Assembly: GCA_021789795.1 (NCBI GenBank)
Contig: JAJYJA010000001.1
Location: 1-37,466, forward strand
DNA: 37,466 bases
From: Deltaproteobacteria bacterium
GTDB taxonomy: Bacteria > Desulfobacterota > Desulfobulbia > Desulfobulbales > VMSU01
Direction: 5' to 3'
Below the pieces are notes generated by a model that was not told the origin of the DNA, ran no database searches, and worked only from the letters and a program-made list of their open reading frames with translations. This document shows positions 23,428 to 33,293 of the stretch, piece by piece (position 1 is the first letter of the stretch; every line of letters begins with the position of its first letter). A program made the position numbers and the translations under genes.

Positions 23428-24720
23428 ATGAAGACAGACCTCTCGCGATCATTCTTTCACAGGGCGCAACAGTCCATTCCCGGCGGGGTGAGCAGCCCGG
23501 TGCGGGCCTGTAAGTCGGTGGGCTGCGACCCAGTGTTCATCGAACGGGCCAACGGCTCCAAGGTGTACGACGTCGATGGCAACGAGTACGTCGATTTCGT
23601 CTGCTCCTGGGGGCCGATGATCCTGGGCCACAACCACCCGGCGGTGGCGCGGGCGGTGACCGCCGCCCTGGCCAAGGGCACCAGTTTCGGGGCGCCCACC
23701 CCCTTGGAGGTGGAACTGGCGGAGCTGGTCTGCCAGGCCATGCCCTCGGTGGAGAAGGTGCGCTTCGTCAACTCCGGCACCGAGGCCACCATGAGCGCCA
23801 TCCGTCTGGCGCGGGGCTACACCAAGAAGAACGTGGTGGTCAAGTTCGACGGCTGCTACCACGGCCACGCCGACGCCTTCCTGGTGCAGGCGGGCTCCGG
23901 GGTAGTGACCCTGGGCATCCCCGGCAGTCCAGGGGTGCCGGAGGAGGTGGTCAAAAACACCATCTCCATCCCCTACAACGACTTCTCCACCCTGGAGGCG
24001 ACCTTAAGCGACGACTCCTTAAACATCGCCTGCCTGATCATGGAGCCGGTGGCGGCCAACATGGGGGTGGTGCCGCCCGCCCCCGGCTTCTTGGAGAAGG
24101 TGCGCGAGCTGACCGCCAAACACGGCATCCTCCTGATCTTCGACGAGGTGATCACCGGCTTCAGGCTGAGCCTGGGCGGGGCGCAGGCCAAGTTCAACGT
24201 CATGCCGGATCTTACCTGCATGGGCAAGATCATCGGCGGCGGCCTGCCGGTGGGGGCCTACGGCGGCAAGAAGGAGATCATGGGGCTGATCGCCCCGGAG
24301 GGCCCGGTGTACCAGGCCGGCACCCTGTCCGGCAATCCCCTGGCCATGGCCGCCGGCATCGCCACCTTGCAGACCCTGGCCGAGCCCGAGTTTTACCAGC
24401 GGCTGGACGCCAAGGCCGCCGCCTTTGCCGAGGGGCTTTCGTCCCTGGCCCGCAAATACGGCCTGCCCGCTACCTTGAACCGGGCAGGCTCGGTGCTCAC
24501 CGCCTTCTTCACCGAGGGCCCGGTCACCGATTTCAAGAGCGCCCTGGCCTCCGACACCAAGCTCTTCGCCGCCTTTTACCGGGAGATGCTGGCCCAGGGC
24601 ATCTACCTGGCGCCTTCCCAGTTCGAGGCCGCCTTCATCTCCGCTGCCCACAGCCAGGCGGAGCTGGACTTGACCCTGGAAAAAACTGAATTGACGTTCA
24701 GAAAATTGGCCAAGCGGTGA
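23428..24720 (+). CDS. hemL: Glutamate-1-semialdehyde 2,1-aminomutase
   Basis: SIPGGVSSPVRA, SWGPMILGH, FVNSGTEA, FDEVITGFR and the PLP-lysine context GKIIGGGLP. Start at ATG 23428 (the GTG 23344 extension would contain the predicted promoter). Confidence 0.95.
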   Translation: MKTDLSRSFFHRAQQSIPGGVSSPVRACKSVGCDPVFIERANGSKVYDVDGNEYVDFVCSWGPMILGHNHPAVARAVTAALAKGTSFGAPTPLEVELAELVCQAMPSVEKVRFVNSGTEATMSAIRLARGYTKKNVVVKFDGCYHGHADAFLVQAGSGVVTLGIPGSPGVPEEVVKNTISIPYNDFSTLEATLSDDSLNIACLIMEPVAANMGVVPPAPGFLEKVRELTAKHGILLIFDEVITGFRLSLGGAQAKFNVMPDLTCMGKIIGGGLPVGAYGGKKEIMGLIAPEGPVYQAGTLSGNPLAMAAGIATLQTLAEPEFYQRLDAKAAAFAEGLSSLARKYGLPATLNRAGSVLTAFFTEGPVTDFKSALASDTKLFAAFYREMLAQGIYLAPSQFEAAFISAAHSQAELDLTLEKTELTFRKLAKR

Positions 24721-24851
24721 AAAAGCCGTTGACTTTCCCCAAACCCCATGCTACCTAGGATGCTGTTTTTATCATGCAGGATGGCCTAGTTGCGTAAAAA
24801 TACCCAGATTTATCCGCCCCTGGCCGCCGGGAACCAGCCGGAGGCCGGGCG

Positions 24852-25082
24852 ATGAATCCGTATTCTCCCCGCCGGGATTTGATGCGGCGGCTGGCCGATT
24901 TGTCCACCATCGGCTTGAGTTTCGCCGCCAGCGTCTTTGTCGGCTTTGGCATGGGTTATCTGCTGGACGAGAAGGTGTTTCACGGCCGCACCACCCCCTG
25001 GGGGATGATGATCTTTTTGGGGCTGGGGGTGTTCGCCGGCTTCCGAACCCTCTATCAGTTGGCGCACCGCAAGGACCTCTGA
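24852..25082 (+). CDS. AtpZ/AtpI-family small membrane protein (F0F1 ATP synthase operon leader gene)
   Basis: 76 aa with two TM helices (LSTIGLSFAASVFVGFGMGYLLD; MMIFLGLGVFAGF), located directly upstream of atpI/atpB. Confidence 0.75.
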   Translation: MNPYSPRRDLMRRLADLSTIGLSFAASVFVGFGMGYLLDEKVFHGRTTPWGMMIFLGLGVFAGFRTLYQLAHRKDL

Positions 25083-25084
25083 CC

Positions 25085-25483
25085 TTGAATACCAGAACCG
25101 GCGACTTTTCGCTCTCCGTGGTCCAGGCCATGAACGGGCTCCTGGTGGTCGCCCTGCCCTTGGCCGCCGGATTGGCCTTCTCCTGGCCGCTGGCCAAGGC
25201 GGTGCTGGTCGGGGCGCTGATCGCCAACCTGAGCTTCCTGCTGCTGAAGAACGACTTGACCGGGCTGATGCAGGGGCCGGCCCAGGCGATGAAAGTCAGA
25301 TTTTTCATCAAGTATTACTTAAGATTAAGCGCCGTGGCGGTGCTCTTGTACTTTCTGGTTCGCTATGGCCGCCTGTCGGTGCTGGGTTTGCTGGTTGGTC
25401 TGTCAACCGTGGTAGCGGCTATCGTCGTTGCGGCGTTGAGTCAGATCAAAAATGTTTATCTTTCAGGAAAGGAGGCTGCGTAG
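25085..25483 (+). CDS. atpI: ATP synthase subunit I-like membrane protein
   Basis: About 130 aa with four hydrophobic helices, located between atpZ-like and atpB. The TTG start is uncertain (internal ATG at MNGLL). Confidence 0.65.
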   Translation: MNTRTGDFSLSVVQAMNGLLVVALPLAAGLAFSWPLAKAVLVGALIANLSFLLLKNDLTGLMQGPAQAMKVRFFIKYYLRLSAVAVLLYFLVRYGRLSVLGLLVGLSTVVAAIVVAALSQIKNVYLSGKEAA

Positions 25484-25488
25484 CCATC

Positions 25489-26220
25489 ATGGAGGAACCG
25501 ATACTCTTTATCTCGCTGATTCTGGAAAAGCTGGGACTGCCCATCCCCGCCCCCATGCCTCCCACCGGTCACTTCTGGGACGCCACCCAGATCTTGGCCC
25601 CGCATGTCACCTATACCTTCCTGGTGATGCTGATCCTGATCCTGGCCCCCAAACTGACCATGGGCAAGATCGAGATGATCCCCGGCAAGGGCCAGAACTT
25701 CTGGGAGGCGGTGGTGGAGGGCATCGAGGGCTTCATGGCCGAGAACATGGGCCGGGAGGGGGCGAGGATGATGTTCCCGATGCTGGCCACCTTCGCCCTC
25801 TACATCCTGGTGGCCAACATGATGGGGCTCATGCCCGGCTTCATCTCGCCGACCTCGAACCTCAACATCACCCTGGCCTGCACCCTAATCATCTTCGTCA
25901 CCACCCACATCCTGGGGCTCAAGTTCCACGGGGTGGGCTACATCAAGCACTTCCTGGGGCCGATCCCCTGGCTCATCCCCCTGATGCTTCCCATCGAGGT
26001 GATCAGCCATCTGGCCCGCATCCTGTCGCTCTCCATACGTCTTTTCGGTAACATCATGGCCAAGGAGACCCTGCTCGGCATCCTGTTCATGCTGGCCGGG
26101 GCCTATTTCGCCCCCCTGCCCATCCTCTGCCTGGGGGTGCTGGTCTCGGTGGTGCAATCCTTGGTCTTCGTGCTGCTGTCGATCCTCTACTTCTCGGCGG
26201 CCATGGAACACGCCCACTGA
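25489..26220 (+). CDS. atpB: F0F1 ATP synthase subunit a
   Basis: LSLSIRLFGNIMAKE contains the essential Arg. NMMGL.PG and the multi-TM profile also fit. Confidence 0.95.
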   Translation: MEEPILFISLILEKLGLPIPAPMPPTGHFWDATQILAPHVTYTFLVMLILILAPKLTMGKIEMIPGKGQNFWEAVVEGIEGFMAENMGREGARMMFPMLATFALYILVANMMGLMPGFISPTSNLNITLACTLIIFVTTHILGLKFHGVGYIKHFLGPIPWLIPLMLPIEVISHLARILSLSIRLFGNIMAKETLLGILFMLAGAYFAPLPILCLGVLVSVVQSLVFVLLSILYFSAAMEHAH

Positions 26221-26229
26221 ACGCGATTG

Positions 26230-26742
<513 letters not shown>

Positions 26743-26770
26743 TCCCGGTTCGTAACCAAAAGTAGTTTGC

Positions 26771-26810
26771 GAGAGGCCACGGGGCAACCTGTGGCCTCTC
26801 GGCGTTTATA
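26771..26810 (+). terminator. Probable intrinsic terminator after atpE
   Basis: gagaggccac / gtggcctctc form a perfect 10-bp stem with a 10-nt loop, followed by ggcgtttata (short T run). Confidence 0.5.
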
Positions 26811-26831
26811 GGCCGCGGCGCGGGAGGCGGG

Positions 26832-28175
26832 ATGGAGAAGAAGGTCTTTGTGGTCAGCCTGGGGTGCCCCAAAAACCTGGTCGATACCGAGGTGATGCTG
26901 GGTCTGTTGGGCCAGTTGGGCTACCGGACCTGCGCCGAGCCCGAGGAGGCGGAGCTTATCCTGGTCAACACCTGCGGCTTTATCCAGTCGGCAGCGGCGG
27001 AGGCGGTGGACGAGATCCTGCGCCTGGCGGCGGTCAAGGCGGCAAATCCCGAGCTCAAGCTGGTGGTGACCGGCTGCCTGGTGCAGCGTTACGGCCAGGA
27101 GTTGATCCGGGAGCTGCCCGAGGTCGATCTCTTTGTCGGCACCGAGAATTTGCTAGAACTCCCAGCCCAGGTGTCCGCCTTGTTCCAGGGGTCAAGCCCG
27201 TCGAGCCGGACCGCCCTGGGAGGCCCCAGGTTTTTGATGCACAGCGGCCTGCCCCGCCAGGTCTCCACCCCGCCGCACCGCGCCTATCTGAAGATCACCG
27301 AGGGCTGCTCGAACCGGTGCAGCTACTGCGTGATTCCCGCCATCCGCGGCCCGCTGCGCAGCCGACCCCTGGATGATGTGCTGGCCGAGGCGGCGCGGCT
27401 CGACCGGGCCGGGGTCAAGGAGCTGACCCTCATCGGCCAGGACCTGACCGCCTACGGCCTGGACCTGGCCGACAAGGACGCCGGCCTGCCCGAGCTGCTG
27501 GTCCGACTGCTGGCCGAAACCTCTATCCCCTGGCTGCGGCTGCTCTATCTCTACCCCCATCGTCTCGACGACCGGCTGCTGCGCCTGCTGGCGGACAACG
27601 GGCGCCTGACCCCCTACCTCGACATCCCCCTCCAGCACGTCAGCCCCAAGGTCTTGCGGGCCATGAACCGGCCGGCTCAGACCGGCGGCATCGAGGAGTT
27701 GTTCGCCCGCATCCGGGGCCTCCTACCCCAGGCGGCCATCCGCTCCACCTTCATCGTCGGCTTCCCGGGCGAGGACGAGGAGGATGTGCGGCGGCTGGAG
27801 AATTTTTTGCGCCGCGAACGGCTGGATCACGTCGGGGTCTTCGCCTACTCCAACGAGGAAGGCTCGGCGGCGGCCAAGTTACCGGGCCGGTTGGGGGAAA
27901 GGGAGAAGAACCGGCGCCGTGATCGCCTGCTGCGCCTGCAAGCCGGGATCTCCCTGGCCAAGAATCAGGCCCTGATCGGCCGGGTGGTGCCGGTGCTGGT
28001 CGAGGGGGTGAGCGCGGAGACGGAGTTACTGCTGGAAGGCCGGATGCCGACGCAGGCGCCGGAAATCGACGGTTGCGTCTATATTACGGACGGGAACTGC
28101 GCGCCAGGCGACCTGGTGCGGGTCAGAATCACCGAGGCCCACACCTACGACCTGGTCGGGGAGATAGTCGGGTAA
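26832..28175 (+). CDS. rimO: Ribosomal protein S12 methylthiotransferase (radical SAM, MiaB/RimO family)
   Basis: N-terminal VSLGCPKNLVDTE...NTCGF, radical-SAM CSNRCSYC, C-terminal TRAM-like segment, 447 aa. Confidence 0.88.
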   Translation: MEKKVFVVSLGCPKNLVDTEVMLGLLGQLGYRTCAEPEEAELILVNTCGFIQSAAAEAVDEILRLAAVKAANPELKLVVTGCLVQRYGQELIRELPEVDLFVGTENLLELPAQVSALFQGSSPSSRTALGGPRFLMHSGLPRQVSTPPHRAYLKITEGCSNRCSYCVIPAIRGPLRSRPLDDVLAEAARLDRAGVKELTLIGQDLTAYGLDLADKDAGLPELLVRLLAETSIPWLRLLYLYPHRLDDRLLRLLADNGRLTPYLDIPLQHVSPKVLRAMNRPAQTGGIEELFARIRGLLPQAAIRSTFIVGFPGEDEEDVRRLENFLRRERLDHVGVFAYSNEEGSAAAKLPGRLGEREKNRRRDRLLRLQAGISLAKNQALIGRVVPVLVEGVSAETELLLEGRMPTQAPEIDGCVYITDGNCAPGDLVRVRITEAHTYDLVGEIVG

Positions 28176-28235
28176 GGAAAGAAAGGCATCGGGCCACGTG
28201 GCCGCCGGACAAGGGCGGCCTGGCCTGGTTGCGGA

Positions 28236-28511
28236 TCAACTGTCCACCCGCTCCTTCAAGTCCTTGCCCACCTTGAAGAAGGGCAGCTTCTTGGGCCGCA
28301 CCGTGATCTGCTCGCCCGTCTTGGGGTTACGCCCGGTGTACGGTTTGTAGGTCTTGACCACAAAGCTGCCAAAACCCCGAATCTCGATGCTGTCTCCCCG
28401 CTCCAGCGACTCCATCATGGCCTCCAGGATGGTATTCAAAATAGAACTAGCCTGACGGACGGGCATTTTTAACTCCTGCGCTAGGGCCTCGATCAGCTCC
28501 GACTTATTCAT
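28236..28511 (-). CDS. ihfB: Integration host factor beta-like HU/IHF-family DNA-binding protein
   Basis: MNKSELIEALA..., IEIRGFGSF, GRNPKTGE, FKVGKDLKERV. GGGAGGG RBS. Confidence 0.8.
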   Translation of the reverse strand: MNKSELIEALAQELKMPVRQASSILNTILEAMMESLERGDSIEIRGFGSFVVKTYKPYTGRNPKTGEQITVRPKKLPFFKVGKDLKERVDS

Positions 28512-28576
28512 ATACCCTCCCGGGGGGAAAAGAAAGTTATGGATGTTTGACCGCTATAAGTTCTTTTTATTATAGG

Positions 28577-29347
28577 TCATTTTTTTGTTTGTAAAGAGAA
28601 AAATTTTTCTCTGTGGATTTTTTTTGCGGGCTTGGCCGGGGGAAAGAGGAGGTCGAGGTCGAGGTCGCTAAGCCGACGGTAGGCGCCCAGGGGTAGATCG
28701 CCGAGCCGCAGGTGGCCGTAGGCCAGCCGTTTTAAGTGGACCACCGGGTGGCCTATGGCCGCGAACATCCGTCTTACCTGACGTTTCCGGCCCTCGTGGA
28801 TGACGATTGAAAGCCGGCTGCCACCCTCTTCCCCGCCCAGCAACTTGATGCGGGCGGGCCAGGTGCGACGGCCATCCAGGTCGATGCCCCGCTCCAGGGC
28901 GGCGATGGCCTCCGGGCTGGGGCGGCCCTTGACCAGGGCCTGGTAGGTCTTGTTGATCTCGAATTTCGGGTGCAGGAGCCGTTGGGCCAGGTCGCCGTCG
29001 TTGGTCAGGATCAGGGCGCCCTCGGTGTCCAGGTCCAGGCGCCCGACCGGGAACAACCGTTCCTTAATCCCCGCCAGCAGCGAGGTGACCACCGGCCGGC
29101 CCTGGGGGTCGCTCATGGTGGTGACATAACCCTGGGGCTTGTTGAGCAGGATGGTGATCTTTCGGCCTGGGGGGGCGACCGGCTGACCCTTGACCGTAAC
29201 CCGCTGCCGGTCGGGCTCGATCTTGAGCCCCAGCTCAGCGACGGTCAGGCCGTCCACCGCCACCTGGCCCTGGCGGATCAGCTCCTCCGCCGCCCGCCGG
29301 GAACAAACTCCGGCCCGAGAGAGAAATTTTTGCAGCCGTTCTGGCAT
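28577..29347 (-). CDS. rluB: RluB/RsuA-family 23S/16S rRNA pseudouridine synthase
   Basis: S4 domain RLQKFLSRAGVCSRRAAEELI and the catalytic motif GRLDLDTEGALILTNDG. Confidence 0.85.
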   Translation of the reverse strand: MPERLQKFLSRAGVCSRRAAEELIRQGQVAVDGLTVAELGLKIEPDRQRVTVKGQPVAPPGRKITILLNKPQGYVTTMSDPQGRPVVTSLLAGIKERLFPVGRLDLDTEGALILTNDGDLAQRLLHPKFEINKTYQALVKGRPSPEAIAALERGIDLDGRRTWPARIKLLGGEEGGSRLSIVIHEGRKRQVRRMFAAIGHPVVHLKRLAYGHLRLGDLPLGAYRRLSDLDLDLLFPPAKPAKKIHREKFFSLQTKK

Positions 29348-29379
29348 GTTATCGTTTGAGGGCCAATAGGTGACCGGGG

Positions 29380-29814
29380 CTAACGGTAGTCGCCCCGGCG
29401 AAATTTTTCCGCCTCGATGGCGCTGACCGTGGCTACCCGGTCGATCAGCCGGGCCAGGGGGTCATGGGGAGGGAGTTGGGCCCGGATGTCAAGCAGGGTG
29501 GTGGTGTCGCCCTCCAGGGCCTCGATCAAGGGCAGGAGGTCGCGGCTGGAAAACTTGAGGTCGCCCAGGGCCTGGCTGAACGACTCCAGGAGCCCGATGG
29601 CGCTCTCGCTCATCGACACCCCGGCCAGCCGCAGCTCGGGGGAGACGGGCGTCTCCGGGCTTAAGGCCTGCGGGCCGGACGGGGCCTGGGTCTCCTCCGC
29701 GGGCAGCAACTGTTCGCTCAGGAGGTCGAAAAACGACCCCGGCGGGCTGGCCTTGCTCTTGGGCGGGGATTTTTTCTCGACTACCGGTTTCCCGGTCAGG
29801 GGATTGATGTACAT
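29380..29814 (-). CDS. Hypothetical protein (144 aa; Pro/Ser-rich N-terminus, helical C-terminus)
   Basis: GC3-biased frame. GGAGG lies 5 nt upstream of ATG 29814 (the ORF track opens at GTG 29820). I recognise no family. Confidence 0.55.
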   Translation of the reverse strand: MYINPLTGKPVVEKKSPPKSKASPPGSFFDLLSEQLLPAEETQAPSGPQALSPETPVSPELRLAGVSMSESAIGLLESFSQALGDLKFSSRDLLPLIEALEGDTTTLLDIRAQLPPHDPLARLIDRVATVSAIEAEKFRRGDYR

Positions 29815-29907
29815 GGTCACCTCCGGGGAGGAAAGAGCGGCAAAAATTGCCAGGCGGTTACGGTTGTTGCCTTAGCCTTGCAATTTTCCGGCCGCTTGTC
29901 GAGCTGG

Positions 29908-31677
29908 CTATCGCCAACGGGCCGGGAGCAGCCGGGCGATGCGGGCCTCCACCTGGGCCTTGGTCTTAGGATCGACCTCCAGGACGTGGGGATACCAGGG
30001 TTTCATCCGGCAGTCGAAGACGATGGGCGTGGTCAGGCCGACATGGAAGCGCCGGACGGTGGTGGCGGCGCCGTGCAGGTCGGCGGCCGGCTCGAAGCGG
30101 GTGAACACCGACCAGAGAAACCTCTTGAGGCTGGCGGTGGTGGCCCGGGCGTCGTCCACCAGGATAATCAGGGGCCAGTCGGCGAGCTCCGGGCTTGCCG
30201 CCAGCCGTTCGGGCAGGGCGCGGTCACCGGCGAAGGACGCCCCGTCCACCACCAGGGTGCCGGGCAGAAAGACCACCGGGTGGCCGACGCCCGCCGGCAG
30301 CTCGCCGGTGAAGGCCTCGGGCAGGGCGCGGACCGGCTCCCGGCCCAGGCCAAGCATCAGCGCCTTGGACCCCTTGTTGACCGAGGGGCCGGTGTAGTCC
30401 AGGGTATCCTGGGAGACGTTGGCCAGGACGAAGAGGTCGGTCTGCCAGTTGATCCGCTCAAGCACATGCCGCCACAGTCTGGGAAAATCGGCCACGTCCA
30501 GGTCGCCGTCGGTGACGATCAAAAACTTGGTGAGCGACAACTGGCCCTCGCCCAGGATGCGCAGGCCGGCGGCGAAGGCCTCCCGGGGGTAGCGATCCCT
30601 GACCCGGGCGGCGGCCAGGCTGTGGAAGCCGGTGTCGCCGAAGGTCTTTAACTGGCGCACCCCGCCCATCACCAGGGGGAAGAGCGGCGCGAGCAGGTCT
30701 TGCAGGAAGTCGCCGATGTAGTAGTCCTCCTGGCGGGGTTGGCCGACCACGGTGGCCGGATAGATGGCCTTTTTCCGGTGGTAGAGGCGCGAGACCTGAA
30801 ATACCGGGTAGTCGTGGGCCAGGGAGTTGTACCCATAGTGGTCGCCAAAGGGCCCCTCCTGGCGTCGCAGACCGGGCGGCACCAGGCCTTGGGCCGCAAA
30901 TTCCGCCGTGGCCACCAGGGGATGGTGGCCACCGGGGCTCGCCACCAAGGGCAGCTTTTGCCCCATGAGCAGCGAGGCCAAGAGCAACTCCGGGACGTTC
31001 TCCGGCAGGGGGGCGATGGCGGCCAGGATCAGGGCCGGCGGGCCGCCGATGTAGAGGGTCACTGGCAGGGCCTGGCCCCGCTGCTCCGCCTCGTGGTAGT
31101 GGTAGCCGCCGCCCTTGTGGATCTGCCAGTGGATACCGGTGGTCTGGTCGTCGTAACGGTGGATGCGGTACATGCCCAGGTTGTGGCCGTGGCCGTCCGG
31201 GTGCTCGGTATAGACCAGGGGCAGGGTGACGAAGGCCCCGCCGTCGGTGTCCCAGGAGGTGAGCAGGGGCAGTTCGGTAAGCCGGGGGGGATGTTGCTGG
31301 CACTCCAGGATCGGGGCCTGATTTACCTTCTTGGTGCCGATGGCCAGGGCCTGGCGCAGCAGGCCGCGCTTGGCCCAGATCATCCCCAGACTAGGCGGCC
31401 CCAGCCGCTCGGCCAGCTTTACCAGCTCGGCCACGAAGTTCTGGGGCCGACGGCCAAAGGCCAGCTCCAGGCGATGATGGGAGCCGAAGAGGTTGGTGGC
31501 CACCGGAAAGGCACTGCCCTTGACCCGGGTGAAGAGCAGGGCCGGGCCCTGGCGTTCGATCACCCGGCGGTGGATCTCGGCGATCTCCAGGTAGGGATCG
31601 ACCTCCTCTTCCACCCGGTGCAGCTCGCCCTCGGCGGCCAGCAGGTTAAGATAGGTGCCTAGGTCAGTCAGGGGCAT
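29908..31677 (-). CDS. UbiD-family (prenylated-FMN-dependent) decarboxylase, long form (589 aa)
   Basis: LLFTRVKGS.FPV..NLFG, MYR......D.TGIHWQIHKGG, GGPPA and FGDHYGY are UbiD-family blocks. The C-terminal extension is longer than in the roughly 490-aa UbiD. Confidence 0.85.
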   Translation of the reverse strand: MPLTDLGTYLNLLAAEGELHRVEEEVDPYLEIAEIHRRVIERQGPALLFTRVKGSAFPVATNLFGSHHRLELAFGRRPQNFVAELVKLAERLGPPSLGMIWAKRGLLRQALAIGTKKVNQAPILECQQHPPRLTELPLLTSWDTDGGAFVTLPLVYTEHPDGHGHNLGMYRIHRYDDQTTGIHWQIHKGGGYHYHEAEQRGQALPVTLYIGGPPALILAAIAPLPENVPELLLASLLMGQKLPLVASPGGHHPLVATAEFAAQGLVPPGLRRQEGPFGDHYGYNSLAHDYPVFQVSRLYHRKKAIYPATVVGQPRQEDYYIGDFLQDLLAPLFPLVMGGVRQLKTFGDTGFHSLAAARVRDRYPREAFAAGLRILGEGQLSLTKFLIVTDGDLDVADFPRLWRHVLERINWQTDLFVLANVSQDTLDYTGPSVNKGSKALMLGLGREPVRALPEAFTGELPAGVGHPVVFLPGTLVVDGASFAGDRALPERLAASPELADWPLIILVDDARATTASLKRFLWSVFTRFEPAADLHGAATTVRRFHVGLTTPIVFDCRMKPWYPHVLEVDPKTKAQVEARIARLLPARWR

Positions 31678-31943
31678 GCGTCGTCGGTATGGGTGAGGGG
31701 GCGGCCTGAGGAGCCATCGGTTTGGTTGGGGTCGAATAGAAACAGACGGTGATACTCGCCTTCCGAGAGATGCCGCCGCATCAGGCGCGACAGGTGATCG
31801 ACCAGGTCGCCTATCTCCGGGTCGCTCAGGCGCGGCAGCAGGGCCTCCAGCAAGGCCGGACGGCTGAAGCGTTGCAGGAAGGCGGCCAACGAACGTTCGT
31901 CGGTGGCCCGATCCCAGCCAAAGCTGATTTCGCGGGCGTCCAT
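31668..31943 (-). CDS. Hypothetical small protein (91 aa), translationally coupled to the UbiD-family gene
   Basis: Overlaps the ubiD-like start by 10 nt and starts 12 nt after the yjbQ stop. Coding-type GC3 bias. Confidence 0.5.
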   Translation of the reverse strand: MDAREISFGWDRATDERSLAAFLQRFSRPALLEALLPRLSDPEIGDLVDHLSRLMRRHLSEGEYHRLFLFDPNQTDGSSGRPLTHTDDACP

Positions 31944-31955
31944 GCCAAGCCGGGG

Positions 31956-32351
31956 TTAGAGCAGCCGCCAGTGGAGCTGGCGGGAGCGGGGGCCGTCGAA
32001 CTCGCAGAAGAAGATCCGCTGCCAGACGCCCAGCCGCAAGGCGCCCCGGTCAACGAACACTACCGCCGAGCTGCCGACCAGGGAGGTCAGGGCATGGGCC
32101 GGGGAGTTGCCCTCCTGATGCCGGTAGGCGCTGGACTCGGGGGCCAGCCGCTTGAAGATGGCGAGCAGGTCTTCTTGTACCGCGGGATCGGCCCCCTCGT
32201 TGATGGTCACCCCGGCGGTGGTGTGCGGGTTGTAAAGGTAGCAGACGCCGGACGGCTGGCCCAGGCCGGCGATCTCCTGGCCGAGTTGGCTGGTGACATC
32301 GATGAACTCCAGCCGCTTAACGCTGTTGACAGAGATGGTGCCGGTGTGCAT
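31956..32351 (-). CDS. yjbQ: YjbQ/UPF0047-family protein (secondary thiamine-phosphate synthase-like)
   Basis: IDVTSQL, NPHTTAGVTINEGADP.V..DL, H..GNSPAH..TSL.G.S, LGVWQRIFFCEFDGPR. Confidence 0.85.
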   Translation of the reverse strand: MHTGTISVNSVKRLEFIDVTSQLGQEIAGLGQPSGVCYLYNPHTTAGVTINEGADPAVQEDLLAIFKRLAPESSAYRHQEGNSPAHALTSLVGSSAVVFVDRGALRLGVWQRIFFCEFDGPRSRQLHWRLL

Positions 32352-32493
32352 AACTGGGAGACACTGGTTATTGTTGCTGGCCGTCCTGGCCGACCGTCTT
32401 GACCGGCTAACGCCTAAGCCACCTGTAAATTACTATGGAATCCATGTCAATCATTTTAGGCTGGCGGCCCGCCTTGTCCGCCGCCAGGGGCGG

Positions 32494-33207
32494 ATGCTGA
32501 TGCGTTACTATCCTATCTGTCTGCGGATCGAGGGCCGACGCTGCCTGGTGGTGGGCGGCGGCGCGGTGGCGGCGCGCAAGGCGCGGGGGCTGATCGAGGC
32601 CGGGGCCGAGGTGGTGGTGGTCAGCCCCGAGCTGGGGGCGGGCTTGCAACGCCTGCACGGCGAGGGCCGGGTGTCCTGGGTGGCGCGGGGCTACCAGGAA
32701 GGCGACAGCCAGGGCTTCTTCCTGGTGATGGCCGCCACCGACGACCCGACGGTGCAGGGGCTGGTCAGGGCCGACGCCAGCCGCCACCGCAGCCTCTTAA
32801 ACGTGGCCGACGTGCCGGAACGCTGCGACTTCATCCTGCCGGCGGTGGTGCAACGGGGGTCGCTCTCCCTGGCCATCTCCACCTCGGGCAAGAGCCCGGC
32901 CCTCGCCAAACGCTTGCAGGACGAGCTGGGCCAGTGGCTGGGGCCGGAGTACGCCCTGCTCAACGAGGTGATGGGGCTGATCCGGCCCCATGTCCGGCGG
33001 CGGGGCTGGTCGCAGCCGGAGAACGAACGCCTCTTCAAGGGCCTGATTGAGGGCGGCATCCTGGAGATCATCGTCCGGGCGGATGGCCCGGGGTTGATCG
33101 ATTACCTGGAAAGGGGGCTGGGCCAGACGCTTCCCGGCGATCTGGCCGGACAACTGCAAGGGTTGCTGGCGGCGGGCAGCGAAAGCCCTATTGTCAAGGG
33201 CCGGTGA
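32494..33207 (+). CDS. Precorrin-2 dehydrogenase / sirohydrochlorin ferrochelatase (CysG N-terminal / SirC-Met8-like)
   Basis: YPICLRIEGRRCLVVGGGAVAARKARGLIEAGAEVVVVSP Rossmann motif, and LSLAISTSGKSPALAKRL. Start set at ATG 32494 (the longer ORF would overlap yjbQ). Confidence 0.85.
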   Translation: MLMRYYPICLRIEGRRCLVVGGGAVAARKARGLIEAGAEVVVVSPELGAGLQRLHGEGRVSWVARGYQEGDSQGFFLVMAATDDPTVQGLVRADASRHRSLLNVADVPERCDFILPAVVQRGSLSLAISTSGKSPALAKRLQDELGQWLGPEYALLNEVMGLIRPHVRRRGWSQPENERLFKGLIEGGILEIIVRADGPGLIDYLERGLGQTLPGDLAGQLQGLLAAGSESPIVKGR

Positions 33208-33293
33208 TTCTAGTATCGTTTGGTATTGTCTAACGTTTAGGGGCGCTGCCATCAGCGCCCCGGCTTGTCATCATCTTCCCTGGGGCGTCCGCG

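Noticed and set aside
24729-24757. TTGACT-17-TACCTA upstream of atpZ as the atp operon promoter, and TTTATC-17-TATAGT at 18821-18849 upstream of trxA.
   Set aside because: One hexamer in each pair is too weak (TACCTA, TTTATC) to support a call without TSS data.
28192-28220. 12-bp perfect palindrome GGCCACGTGGCC overlapping a 7-bp GC stem-loop (28200-28220) between convergent rimO and ihfB.
   Set aside because: It is most simply a bidirectional transcript-end hairpin region in GC-rich DNA. There is no U-tract, no repetition elsewhere in the window, and no basis for calling a specific protein-binding site.
29878-31662. Two plus-strand ORFs (257 and 320 aa) opposite the UbiD-family gene.
   Set aside because: Gly/Gln/Ala/Asp/Leu-rich antisense artefacts. 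The UbiD frame carries the conserved family blocks.
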